A stretch of 64,000 nucleotides of DNA from Methanobacteriota archaeon (GTDB lineage: Archaea > Thermoplasmatota > Thermoplasmata > SG8-5 > DAIRED01). The notes beneath the pieces were generated by a model, which searched no databases, was not told the DNA's origin, and saw only the letters and a program-made list of their open reading frames with translations. The stretch lies in the NCBI GenBank assembly GCA_043799545.1, contig JAZDNO010000005.1, positions 32,001 to 96,000 on the forward strand, given 5' to 3'. Both the position numbers and the translations under genes were made by a program. This document shows positions 27,621 to 36,796 of this stretch, piece by piece; the first letter of the stretch is position 1, and each line of letters starts with the position of its first letter.

Positions 27621-28505
27621 ATGCAGAACGGACCAAACTTCGGAAGCTTCGCCGAAGCCGTCACGACGCTCGGCAAGCTCACGAAGATGGAGAGCGCCAT
27701 CCAGGCCGCGATAAAAAATTCCCAGGTCCCTCCGAGGGAGACGAGGAAGCTCCTCAAGTGCTCGAAGCCGGCCGAAGCAGGCAACACTCCGATTTTCCAG
27801 TTCATGCGGGAGCTGTTCCGGAGGATGGATCTGGGGGAGTTGGAGATAGCATCGCTGGACATTTTCAAGATGAGCTTCCGCGTAAGGGACTGCCCCGTCT
27901 GCAGGCTCTACCCCAACGTCAAAGACAAGCACACTTGCTACGTGACCACGGACGCCCTTGCGCAGTTCTTCAACAAGGACCTCTCGATACCCTCGACCTC
28001 AGAGGAGGTATTGTGCAAGAACAACGGCGACGACGTCTGCGAATTCATAGTGTCGATGCAGCCCCTCGCCGTTTACCAGCTCGCGCTCGATGCCTGCGAC
28101 AGGGACATCATCGGCCACCTGCCGTCCATGAAAGAAACCGCCGCACTATCAAAGGCCGTGGACATATCGGAGGACGAGGCCACGTACCGCCTCGATGCCC
28201 TGAGGCGCTACCACATCCTCGACGCTGGGAACCACCTCACAGAGATAGGCGAAACCTACCAGAAGTTCGGCCAGAGCTTCAAACTCCCCGACGAGGACTT
28301 TCCGCCGCCGTGGAAGGACATGTCCGAGATATCCGAATCGATATCCGCGTCCGTGTCGTTCGCCGAGGCCTTCACCGAGGCCGCGGAGACCGAGCCGATA
28401 TTCGACGTGAAGCGCGAGGACATCGTCAACCTCGCCGAAAAGGCCAAGAGCTCGAAGAGCTTCGCGGAGTTGATTTCCAAGAACATCTCGAAGGAGGAAG
28501 AATAA
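27621..28505 (+). CDS. V4R domain protein with C-terminal wHTH
   Basis: VRDCPVC..CYVT..EEVLCKNNGDDVCEF. Confidence 0.85.
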   Translation: MQNGPNFGSFAEAVTTLGKLTKMESAIQAAIKNSQVPPRETRKLLKCSKPAEAGNTPIFQFMRELFRRMDLGELEIASLDIFKMSFRVRDCPVCRLYPNVKDKHTCYVTTDALAQFFNKDLSIPSTSEEVLCKNNGDDVCEFIVSMQPLAVYQLALDACDRDIIGHLPSMKETAALSKAVDISEDEATYRLDALRRYHILDAGNHLTEIGETYQKFGQSFKLPDEDFPPPWKDMSEISESISASVSFAEAFTEAAETEPIFDVKREDIVNLAEKAKSSKSFAELISKNISKEEE

Positions 28506-28518
28506 CGGAGGGAATGGC

Positions 28519-29400
28519 ATGGCCACGGAGAGGATAAAGACGGGAATATTCGGCCTCGACCAGCTGATCGAGGGCGGCGTGAGGGACAATACCGCTGTAG
28601 TCATCGTAGGCTCGAGCGGTACGGGAAAGACCACATTCGCGATGCAGTTCCTGATGCATGGAATTGACAACGGCGAGCAGGGGCTCTACGTGACGATGGA
28701 AGAGTCGCCCGAGCAGATAATGAAAGAGGCGGAGATGATGGGCTGGGACATGAAGAAGCACTACGAGAAGAGCCTTTTCTTCATCCACCTCAAGGGGAAG
28801 AACTTCAAGAAGATGATCGAGGAGCAGCTCCCCAACCTGGTCAAGGCGCGTAGCGACTACGACATCAGGACGCGCGTCGTCATCGACCCGATGACCCCCG
28901 TAATCTGGGCATCGGAGGACAAGCTCGAGCAGCGCGAGCTCATAGGCAAGCTGTTCTACACCCTGAAGGAACTGGGTGTCGTGATGGCCACGGTCGAGGA
29001 GCACTCGAAGCCAGGCGAGATAATAGGCGAGGACGTCCTGCTGCCAATATACCTCTCGGACGGCGTCATCGACCTCGAATACTACCCAATCGGCGGCGCG
29101 TTCAACCGCACTCTTAAGATAATCAAGATGAGGGGAACGAAACACGGCGAGGGAGTTTATCCGTACATCTTCGCCAGGGGCGCGGGAGTCATAGTCCGCT
29201 CGTCTCCGAGCGAGGCCGGAACGACCGCTCCGGGGAAGAGCTTCGACCAGGTCTTCGACGAGGCGATAAAGACTGCTGAATTCATCAAGGCTCCGCCGCA
29301 CGTCATCGACCGGCTGCAGAAGATGAAGAAGGGCTGGAACTACGACTACTCGCCGGAGGAAGCGCTCCAGATAATCTTCGACTCGTACGGGCTGAAGTGA
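28519..29400 (+). CDS. KaiC/RAD55-like ATPase
   Basis: IKTGIFGLDQLIEGG, GSSGTGKT, TMEES, VVIDP, IKMRGT. Confidence 0.92.
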   Translation: MATERIKTGIFGLDQLIEGGVRDNTAVVIVGSSGTGKTTFAMQFLMHGIDNGEQGLYVTMEESPEQIMKEAEMMGWDMKKHYEKSLFFIHLKGKNFKKMIEEQLPNLVKARSDYDIRTRVVIDPMTPVIWASEDKLEQRELIGKLFYTLKELGVVMATVEEHSKPGEIIGEDVLLPIYLSDGVIDLEYYPIGGAFNRTLKIIKMRGTKHGEGVYPYIFARGAGVIVRSSPSEAGTTAPGKSFDQVFDEAIKTAEFIKAPPHVIDRLQKMKKGWNYDYSPEEALQIIFDSYGLK

Positions 29401-29411
29401 GGAGGTAGGAG

Positions 29412-30203
29412 ATGGAGACGAGGAAAAAGATAGACAAGACCCTCGACGCCGAGAACGCGATGCTCCTGAAGCACCTGCTGGACATGGAGCTACGCAGGCT
29501 CAGGGAGGACAATGGGATTGACATAGTCCTCTTCATAGGCGTCGACGGCCGAACCTTCGCCTCAAACATACCGAACGTCTTGTCCGCGCCCCAGTTTCGC
29601 CTGCTCAACCTCATCAAGGGGAACCTGCCGTACATCTGCGGCCAACTGTACGCGGAGAACTTGAAGTTCAGCATCCAGCAATACAAGCACAGCACCGTGA
29701 TAATCACCGGCGTCGGGGACAACGCCTTCCTCGCGTCCTTAATCGCGAAGGAGATAGACCTCACGAACGTCCAGGGGCTCGTCAAGAACCTGCTCCGCAG
29801 CAGCACGGTCCTGAGGCACGTATTCGAGCTGAGGCCGTTGACGGCCGTGGCGATGCAGGGTTACGACCCGGAGGTCGTAGACGAGCTGAACAAGCTCAGC
29901 CGCCTGCTGTTCGTGGAGAAGTTCGAGGACACCCGTGGCTTCAAGCGCAACCAGGAGCTCCTGGCCGACTTCAAGAAGAAGATTGGAAGCGTCGTGGGCG
30001 TGGGGAACGTCGAGGAGGTCGTGACGCTGACCTTCAACGAGCTCGGGACGAACTTCGCCTACATGACCAACGAGCAATGGATGGCGTTCCTGAAGATGGC
30101 GATAGACCAGCACATCCGCAAGTTGAGGGGGGACCTGGTAGCGGACGAGTGCGCGAATACATGGATACCAGAGCTGGAGCGCAAGCTTAAATCGTTCGTG
30201 TGA
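29412..30203 (+). CDS. Roadblock/LC7 (MglB-like) domain protein with C-terminal helical domain
   Basis: GIDIVLFIGVDGRTFAS..LKFSIQQYKHSTVIITGVGDNAFLASL fits the roadblock topology. Confidence 0.7.
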   Translation: METRKKIDKTLDAENAMLLKHLLDMELRRLREDNGIDIVLFIGVDGRTFASNIPNVLSAPQFRLLNLIKGNLPYICGQLYAENLKFSIQQYKHSTVIITGVGDNAFLASLIAKEIDLTNVQGLVKNLLRSSTVLRHVFELRPLTAVAMQGYDPEVVDELNKLSRLLFVEKFEDTRGFKRNQELLADFKKKIGSVVGVGNVEEVVTLTFNELGTNFAYMTNEQWMAFLKMAIDQHIRKLRGDLVADECANTWIPELERKLKSFV

Positions 30204-30210
30204 GGTCCAG

Positions 30211-32535
30211 ATGAGCAAGAAGAAGCCCAATCGAGGCGCGAAGCGGAAGGCCAAGGCGGAAGTGGTGCAAAGAACAGCGGTCGAGCCATCAGCGACGCCG
30301 AAGCCCAAGGCGGCCATGCGTTTGGCCTGCTCCAACTGCGGCAAGACGGTCAAGGACCAGCGCACCCTCAAGATACACCAAAGCAATTGCAAGGCGGTCC
30401 GGCAAAAAGGGGAAGCGGAACGCACCAAGCCGGACCCCATGCTCGCCGCGCTCATAGACCTGAAGGACGCGATGGCTTCCGAGCGCACGGAGATGCTCAA
30501 GCTGGTCGCCGAGAGGGACGCGATTTTCAAGGAGCAGATGTCGGCGAAGGCGCCGGCGGCGGTGGAAGACGAAAAGCCCGCGCCTCCAAGGGTGGAGCCC
30601 GCGATGGCAGCACCACAGAGACAGTCTTCCCCCCACGGAATGGACATGGGCTCCTATTACGAGAGGCCCGAGCCGTGGATGGAGCAGGCTGGAGCTAGGC
30701 AATATTACAGGCAGTATCCGCCGCCGCCATCGCCGGAACCGCCGCCCCTTTCGCAGGAAGACATCAGGGCGCTCGTGAAAGGCGAGGTTCAGGCGGCTGT
30801 CGAAGGGATTGCGGGCTCGGCGGGGAAAAACCTCTCGGAGGACGAGGTGGCCGCGATTGCTCGAAAAGTGACGGAGGCGGCACTGGCCGGTGTTCCGGAA
30901 TCCGGCGCCAGCACCGAGGAGGTGGGCTCTCTGGCGAAATCCCTCGACGCGAAGCTTGCGGCAGTCGAGCGGCGCATTTCGGAGATGGACCAGCGCATGA
31001 CCCAGCTCGCGGTGGAGCGGCTGGACCCGTCCAAGTTCCTGAGGTTCGGGAAGGACATCGAGCGCCTGGACTGGAAGGTCGAGGCGCTGATGGACGAGGT
31101 CGGGTTCGGCGACAGCCTCGACGTTTCCAAGATACCGTCGAACATCCTCGAGATTGTCTACCAGGCCACCCTGGAAGACGTGGTGCGCGAGCTCGGCAAG
31201 ACTCGCAGCGCCCAGGAGGTCGGCACGATAATCGAGGACACGCTGGAGGAGGTCAGGAAGAACACCAGCGGGAGCGAGCTCTTCAGGTACAACGGCAGGA
31301 GGATACTGACGGAGAATTTGGCCAGGTCAATCGACCACGGGTTGATTTCCGCGAAGCAGATACAGACGACCTACGCCGAACTTCTCAACACGCTGCTCGC
31401 GAGCGTGCCAGCATACAAGCCCAAGAACTTCAGGGCGATGATAAAGATAAAGAGCCAGGAATACGCAGTCGACAGGGTCACCCACCTTCTGGGCCGCGCC
31501 GAGAATTCAGACAAGATAATCGACAACATGGGACAGATGATAGCCGCATTCTCGGCCCAGAGCAACGCCCGCTTCAACCAGTTCTCGGCCAGGCTGGACG
31601 AGGTCGCGGGGCCGATGCTGGAGCGCAAGGTCGACGCGTCGCAGTTCGAGGAGGCGCGCCTGGCGATAAACGAGGTCAGGCTCTCCGTGGCGGAGCTGGC
31701 AAGGGAGAGCAGCCGCCTTCTGGCAAAGCTCGAGCTGGGCTCTGTGGAAGTGCAGCACGACGCGCCTGCCGAGCCCCGTGCAGAGGCCGACGGCGCCGGG
31801 CCGTCCCCGGCAATCGAGGTAACCGAAGGGGAGAAGCTCGTGATGAGCATGCTCGCCGATGGCGACCTAAGCGTGAGCGCGTTGAGGAAGCGCGCCGAAT
31901 CATTCCTGTCGCCCGAGGACGTCAAGGCCGCGCTGGAAGGCCTGCACACAAAAGGTCTAGTCGAATCGAAGAAATGGAAGAAAGGCAAGAGGCTTTCCCT
32001 GGTCAGCCCTGCCCAGGAGCGGGAGGGAGACGGACCTTCGGGCGTGCAGGAGCCAGCCTCCTCCGAAGGAGCGCCTGACGAGGTCGTCTACGCGCCCGAG
32101 GCAGACCAGGGGCGTACGTCAGAGCCCGCCGAAGCTGGAGCGGAGGGGCCCGACCCTTCCGGGCCCGAGTCTCGGGGCCAGGAACCTGTGGCGGCGCCCG
32201 AAGCGGCGGAAGCGGATGCTGCGAACGAGGGTGCCGCGGGAGCAGGCCTTTCGGAACAGCCGGAGGAAACCGGGCCCGAGGAGGAGAAACCAGAGCCGCC
32301 CGCCAAGCCCGTGGAGCTGACGCAGGTGCAGAAGCGCGTCCTGGAGGCGATAGGCGAGGGGGCGACGATGCCGTCGCTCCGGAGCGCGCTGGACGACTTG
32401 AAGTACACGGAGATACTGGTATCCGTGCGCGTGCTCATAGACTGCGGCCTAGTCACCGCAGAGAGCCACGGGCGCGGCACAACGTACATGAGGGTCAAAG
32501 GAGCCAATAGAGAGGAGGTGAAAAACGATGCTTGA
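30211..32535 (+). CDS. Large protein: C2HC Zn finger, coiled coil, acidic linkers, two wHTH-like modules
   Basis: CSNC..KIHQSNC; heptads LDAKLAAVERRISEMDQRM; LSVSALRK..LEGLHTKGLV; C-terminal ATMPSLRS..LIDCGLV..GTTY. Confidence 0.8.
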   Translation: MSKKKPNRGAKRKAKAEVVQRTAVEPSATPKPKAAMRLACSNCGKTVKDQRTLKIHQSNCKAVRQKGEAERTKPDPMLAALIDLKDAMASERTEMLKLVAERDAIFKEQMSAKAPAAVEDEKPAPPRVEPAMAAPQRQSSPHGMDMGSYYERPEPWMEQAGARQYYRQYPPPPSPEPPPLSQEDIRALVKGEVQAAVEGIAGSAGKNLSEDEVAAIARKVTEAALAGVPESGASTEEVGSLAKSLDAKLAAVERRISEMDQRMTQLAVERLDPSKFLRFGKDIERLDWKVEALMDEVGFGDSLDVSKIPSNILEIVYQATLEDVVRELGKTRSAQEVGTIIEDTLEEVRKNTSGSELFRYNGRRILTENLARSIDHGLISAKQIQTTYAELLNTLLASVPAYKPKNFRAMIKIKSQEYAVDRVTHLLGRAENSDKIIDNMGQMIAAFSAQSNARFNQFSARLDEVAGPMLERKVDASQFEEARLAINEVRLSVAELARESSRLLAKLELGSVEVQHDAPAEPRAEADGAGPSPAIEVTEGEKLVMSMLADGDLSVSALRKRAESFLSPEDVKAALEGLHTKGLVESKKWKKGKRLSLVSPAQEREGDGPSGVQEPASSEGAPDEVVYAPEADQGRTSEPAEAGAEGPDPSGPESRGQEPVAAPEAAEADAANEGAAGAGLSEQPEETGPEEEKPEPPAKPVELTQVQKRVLEAIGEGATMPSLRSALDDLKYTEILVSVRVLIDCGLVTAESHGRGTTYMRVKGANREEVKNDA

Positions 32536-33154
32536 CGTATCGCTGGTATCGCTCATCCAGGACATGAGCGAAAAGGCCGGCGTAGAGGGAACAATACAGT
32601 ATTGGGCCAGGGTAGGTGAAAGCCTCGCGAAAAGGATGGGAAAGGAAGCGTACATGGGATGGCCGTCTTTCAACGTCGCGCTGAGGGAAGGGCGAACTGC
32701 GTTCTCCATAGAGGGGGACGTCAGCGCGCTCACGGACTTGGCGATAACGGACGTTGACGGCGACGTCGTCGGGTACATATACGCACTCAAAGTGTGCGTG
32801 TTCAACCCCACGATAGACCGGATACGCTACTCCGTCGGGACGCTCCCGCGGGCGGACAGGGCGGTTGCAGAGGAGTACAACAACAGCGTGCGCGACACGG
32901 CTGTGTGCAACTTCTGCGTCATCCACCAGCGCTTCCGCGAGGAGGTCGCCAAGAGCATAGTGATAGCCGACCAGCCGCTGGACTGCCTGCAGCTAGCGAA
33001 CAGGGGCTACTCGGGCGACACCAAGATAGCGGAGGACAGCCTGCGCAAGATCGGGATAGACCCGGAGTACGTGCGCAGCCTGCTGCGCAACTACGCGTGC
33101 GTGTACGCTATACTAATGAAAGGTGCCAGGCTGAAGGGCGAGGAGGCTGATTAA
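32528..33154 (+). CDS. V4R/MetOD1-like Cys/His protein
   Basis: VGESLAKRMG, KVCVFNP, CNFCVIHQ; overlaps the upstream gene by 8 nt; family is inferred. Confidence 0.7.
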   Translation: MLDVSLVSLIQDMSEKAGVEGTIQYWARVGESLAKRMGKEAYMGWPSFNVALREGRTAFSIEGDVSALTDLAITDVDGDVVGYIYALKVCVFNPTIDRIRYSVGTLPRADRAVAEEYNNSVRDTAVCNFCVIHQRFREEVAKSIVIADQPLDCLQLANRGYSGDTKIAEDSLRKIGIDPEYVRSLLRNYACVYAILMKGARLKGEEAD

Positions 33155-33155
33155 G

Positions 33156-33770
33156 ATGTTGAAATCCGAGCGCAAGATGTTGATAGACGACAACCCGTTC
33201 GTGGACGTGGCGGCGTACCTGTTCCTCGAGGACATAGCTGACAAGCAGGGCGCCAGCGGGATGAACAACTACCTGGTCAGCCTGGCGACGTCTCTCGCCA
33301 AGTCGATGCCCGAGGAAGAGTACGAGACCTGGGAGGAATTCGTCGAGTCGCTTCAGAAGGGCGAGTCCATCATCTCGGCCTTCGAGAACGTGGTGATGGC
33401 GACGCCGCACTGCCTGGTCACGACCGAGTGCCCGTTCCAGAAGGGATGGGAAGAGTACACCCGAAGGATAGGGTCCTTCTCCAAGATACACTACGACGTG
33501 GCTGAGTACTACAACTCAACTGTCAAGCCCGGCGCGGTCGACTCGCAGTGCATCATCCACCAGACATTCAGGTCGGCGGCCTCCGAGCGCATACGCGTCG
33601 CTGGAAAGCCCGTGAAGTACGCCCAGGTCGCGGCCATATCCCCAGGTGGCAACAAGAAGGTCGCCCCCGAGGAATGGCTGCCCATACTGCTCGAGAAATC
33701 CGGGATTTCCCACACGATGCTGAACATGATAATGAGGAACAACGCCTGCCTCTGGATACTGTACCAGTAG
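33156..33770 (+). CDS. V4R/MetOD1-like Cys/His protein, related to the previous gene
   Basis: LATSLAKSM, TECPF, QCIIHQ, terminal CLWILY (previous gene: CVYAIL). Confidence 0.7.
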   Translation: MLKSERKMLIDDNPFVDVAAYLFLEDIADKQGASGMNNYLVSLATSLAKSMPEEEYETWEEFVESLQKGESIISAFENVVMATPHCLVTTECPFQKGWEEYTRRIGSFSKIHYDVAEYYNSTVKPGAVDSQCIIHQTFRSAASERIRVAGKPVKYAQVAAISPGGNKKVAPEEWLPILLEKSGISHTMLNMIMRNNACLWILYQ

Positions 33771-33826
33771 GCGCAACGGCGGATCGGAGACGAAGGAGGC
33801 GGAGCGCCGCCCCATGAGGGGTACAT

Positions 33827-34411
33827 TTGAAGGTGCTGAGGAGATGCGGCCCCCAGACATACGTCAAGCTGGAGGAAGCGTCGGAAGTGTCGAGTTACAA
33901 GGTCGTCGGCGAGGACGCGGATACGAGATTCGCTGGCGGCGGCTTCGACTTCTTCCGGGGGCTCGGCATCATCGGCTACGAGAAAACGTTCAAGATATGG
34001 CTCAGGAAGTTCCCCCGGCCAATCTTCATCATAGCCGTTGAAGGCACCAGCATAGTCTCGTGGGTGTTCATCGAGGAATGGCCCGAGACCGCGAGCGACG
34101 GCTCGCCGGTCTACGTCCTGCGGGCCATCGAAACCATACCCGCGATGAGGAAGCGCCGCATCGGGCTCCGCCTCCTGATGCTCGGCCTCCAGCAGACGGT
34201 CGGCTACATGGTCACCAAGCCCCTCACCCACGATGCAGAGCGATTTTTCATGAGATCTGGCTTCATGAACGAGAAGGAGCTGAAGAAGCCGGCGATAGAC
34301 CTGAGCAAGCACCCCGGATACCTGGTCATGCCCCCGTTCAAGAAGACGGTGTTGCTGGAAGATTTCGAAAAATACTTCGAAGCCGAGAGGCACGGAGATA
34401 TCCTTACGTGA
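33827..34411 (+). CDS. GNAT family acetyltransferase-like protein
   Basis: Motif A-like YVLRAIETIPAMRKRRIGLRLL; AERFFMRSGF motif B; TTG start. Confidence 0.7.
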   Translation: MKVLRRCGPQTYVKLEEASEVSSYKVVGEDADTRFAGGGFDFFRGLGIIGYEKTFKIWLRKFPRPIFIIAVEGTSIVSWVFIEEWPETASDGSPVYVLRAIETIPAMRKRRIGLRLLMLGLQQTVGYMVTKPLTHDAERFFMRSGFMNEKELKKPAIDLSKHPGYLVMPPFKKTVLLEDFEKYFEAERHGDILT

Positions 34412-34581
34412 AAGCGGTTGGGTCGAAGACTCTGGCCGGGGGGCTTTCGCGGCTGTGTCAGCGCCCGCAGGCGCCATAAAGCTCGCGCCGTGATGCAACG
34501 CATCGAGCCGCTTTACCAGGCGAGCATAATGCACGGGCAAAGGTTTATGACCGCTCCCCCTTTTCCCATACCGGTGCTGCC

Positions 34582-35811
34582 ATGGACGCTGCCCGCGTTC
34601 TGAAGTCTGTCGAGGGGATGAAGGGGGACATTGTCGACGCCCTCACCGAGCTATGCAAAATACCCGCGCTGTGCCCAGAGCACGGGGGCCAGGGAGAGGC
34701 GGAGAAATTCGCGCTGCTCGCGGACATGCTGAACGACCTCGGTTTTCCCAAGGGGCGGGATTACCCGTCAAAGGACAAGCGCGTGCCAGGCGGGAAGAGG
34801 CACAACATCGTTGTCAGAATCAAGGGCGATTCGGGGGCCAAGGAGCGCATCTGGATTGTGTCGCACGTCGACGTTGTTCCGCCGGGCGAACCCTCGCTTT
34901 GGAAGACCGACCCATATATGCCGGTCGTCAGGGGCGGAAGGCTGTACGGGCGCGGGACGGAGGACAACGGGCAGGCGATAGTGACCTCCATTTTTGCGGC
35001 AAAGGCGCTCATCGATGGCGATGCCCGCCCGCGGAAGGACGTCATGCTGGCATTCGTTTCGGACGAGGAGGTCGGCAGCAGGCACGGAATCCAGCACATC
35101 ATCGGCGAGGATTTGGTGCGGTGCGAGGACTTGGTCGTCGTTCCAGATGCGGGCTCCGAAGACGGCCGTTACATAGAGGTCGTGGAGAAATCCCACCTCC
35201 AGCTCAAGCTCACGGTCACGGGCAAGCAATGCCACGCATCGAGGCCTCACAAGGGAATCAACGCATATCGGGCGGCGTCGCAATACGTCGTGGAGGCGAC
35301 GGACACGCTATACTCGAAATACGGCGGGCGGGACGAACTGTACGAGCCCCCCTACTCCACCTTCGAGCCGACGAAGAAGCAGGCCAACGTTCCGAACGTC
35401 AACACCATACCGGGGGAGGACGTTTCCTTCTTCGATTACCGCATCCTTCCAGGGCAGGACATGGAATGCATAATGCAGGACCTAAAAAAGCTGGGAGCAC
35501 GCCTTTCAGAGAAGTCCGGGGCGCGCTTCGATATCGAAACCGTCAGCATGTCCGAGGCCGCGCCCGCGACACCAGCCGACAGTCCCGTCGTCAAAGCCTT
35601 GGCGGCGTCCATCAAATCCGTCAGGGGCGTATCGGCGAGGCCCCAGGGGATAGGCGGCGGCACATGCGCGGCGCACTTCAGGCAGGCAGGCATTCCGGCG
35701 GCGGTCTGGGCGACCATAGACGAAACCGCCCATGAGCCGAACGAGTATGCCACAATCAAGAACATGGTCTCGGACGCAAAGGTCTACGCGCACCTTTTCA
35801 TGACCGCCTGA
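34582..35811 (+). CDS. M20 family metallopeptidase (ArgE/DapE-like)
   Basis: SHVDVVP, LYGRGTEDNG, DEEVGS, GHASRP-like QCHASRP, GGGT, AHEPNE. Confidence 0.93.
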   Translation: MDAARVLKSVEGMKGDIVDALTELCKIPALCPEHGGQGEAEKFALLADMLNDLGFPKGRDYPSKDKRVPGGKRHNIVVRIKGDSGAKERIWIVSHVDVVPPGEPSLWKTDPYMPVVRGGRLYGRGTEDNGQAIVTSIFAAKALIDGDARPRKDVMLAFVSDEEVGSRHGIQHIIGEDLVRCEDLVVVPDAGSEDGRYIEVVEKSHLQLKLTVTGKQCHASRPHKGINAYRAASQYVVEATDTLYSKYGGRDELYEPPYSTFEPTKKQANVPNVNTIPGEDVSFFDYRILPGQDMECIMQDLKKLGARLSEKSGARFDIETVSMSEAAPATPADSPVVKALAASIKSVRGVSARPQGIGGGTCAAHFRQAGIPAAVWATIDETAHEPNEYATIKNMVSDAKVYAHLFMTA

Positions 35812-35818
35812 TGGCGGA

Positions 35819-36718
35819 TTAGGAGATAATGCGGCCAAGCCAGTAGACGACATTCCCCACGACCGCGGCGAGCACGAGCCCGGCGGTGATCGGGATGATG
35901 AAAGGGATTTTGTGCGTAACCCAAACATCCTGTATGCCCGCGGATTTCAGGGCTTCGTACTCCTTGCTGAGATACCGCCCCCTCTTCGGGAAAAGCGCCC
36001 GCTGCATTTTGCCGTCCACGAGCCTTTCCATGGGCCAGACGAGCGCCTTTTCCGCCTCCGCGACCTTGACGCGCCTCCCGAAAAAAGCCAAGGGCCAGAC
36101 GAAGTCACCGCGCTTGACGTTTGCCGCGAGATTGTAGAATGGGAGGAACATCACGCTCAGGCTGCCCATCATCAGGACGAGCATCATGAACGGAAACGAG
36201 ATGTCCACTACGTCCGCAATTCCGGCGGGAGTTGCGATTAGCGGGAGGCCCGGAAGGTCGGGGTACCAGGGCAGGACGAGTGCGATGGACATGAGCGCCT
36301 TGGCGTCGGCGCCGCCATGAATGATGTTTGTGAAATACAACGCGTAGACCAGGAGGAACATCGACGGGATAATCAATATGGGCGTCAGGCCCCCGAAATA
36401 CAGGGCGCAGCCAGAGGCCGCACCGGCGGCGGCGAAGGCCGCTACCGCGGGCCAGCAGAACTTGCCCTTTTCGTAGATTGGCTCCCTGTCGATGTACGGG
36501 TCGTAGAAAAGCAAGCCTATCGGAACCAGGAGGAGGTAGTGGGCGGCGTTTGCGCCGTCATTGAGCATCTCGCCGGCCAGCAGGCAAAGCCCCACGGCGC
36601 CGAGAATGTGCCAGTAACGGTCGTCCACCGTTCTGGTCTTCAAATCCTCGCGCGAGGCTGCGAGGAGGAATGCAAGGGTCACGGAGAAGCGCGCCAGGGA
36701 GAGAAAGTCCAAAGCCAT
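35819..36718 (-). CDS. A24 family prepilin/prearchaellin peptidase (FlaK/PibD-like)
   Basis: ASREDLKTR, HGGADAKAL, C-terminal VWVTHKIPFIIPIT. Confidence 0.9.
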   Translation of the reverse strand: MALDFLSLARFSVTLAFLLAASREDLKTRTVDDRYWHILGAVGLCLLAGEMLNDGANAAHYLLLVPIGLLFYDPYIDREPIYEKGKFCWPAVAAFAAAGAASGCALYFGGLTPILIIPSMFLLVYALYFTNIIHGGADAKALMSIALVLPWYPDLPGLPLIATPAGIADVVDISFPFMMLVLMMGSLSVMFLPFYNLAANVKRGDFVWPLAFFGRRVKVAEAEKALVWPMERLVDGKMQRALFPKRGRYLSKEYEALKSAGIQDVWVTHKIPFIIPITAGLVLAAVVGNVVYWLGRIIS

Positions 36719-36796
36719 GCAGGGCTTTAATGTCGGGCTTTGTATATATCCTTTCGCCCGTCAAATATATATATCACCGGGGGTTTACTTCAGGCG

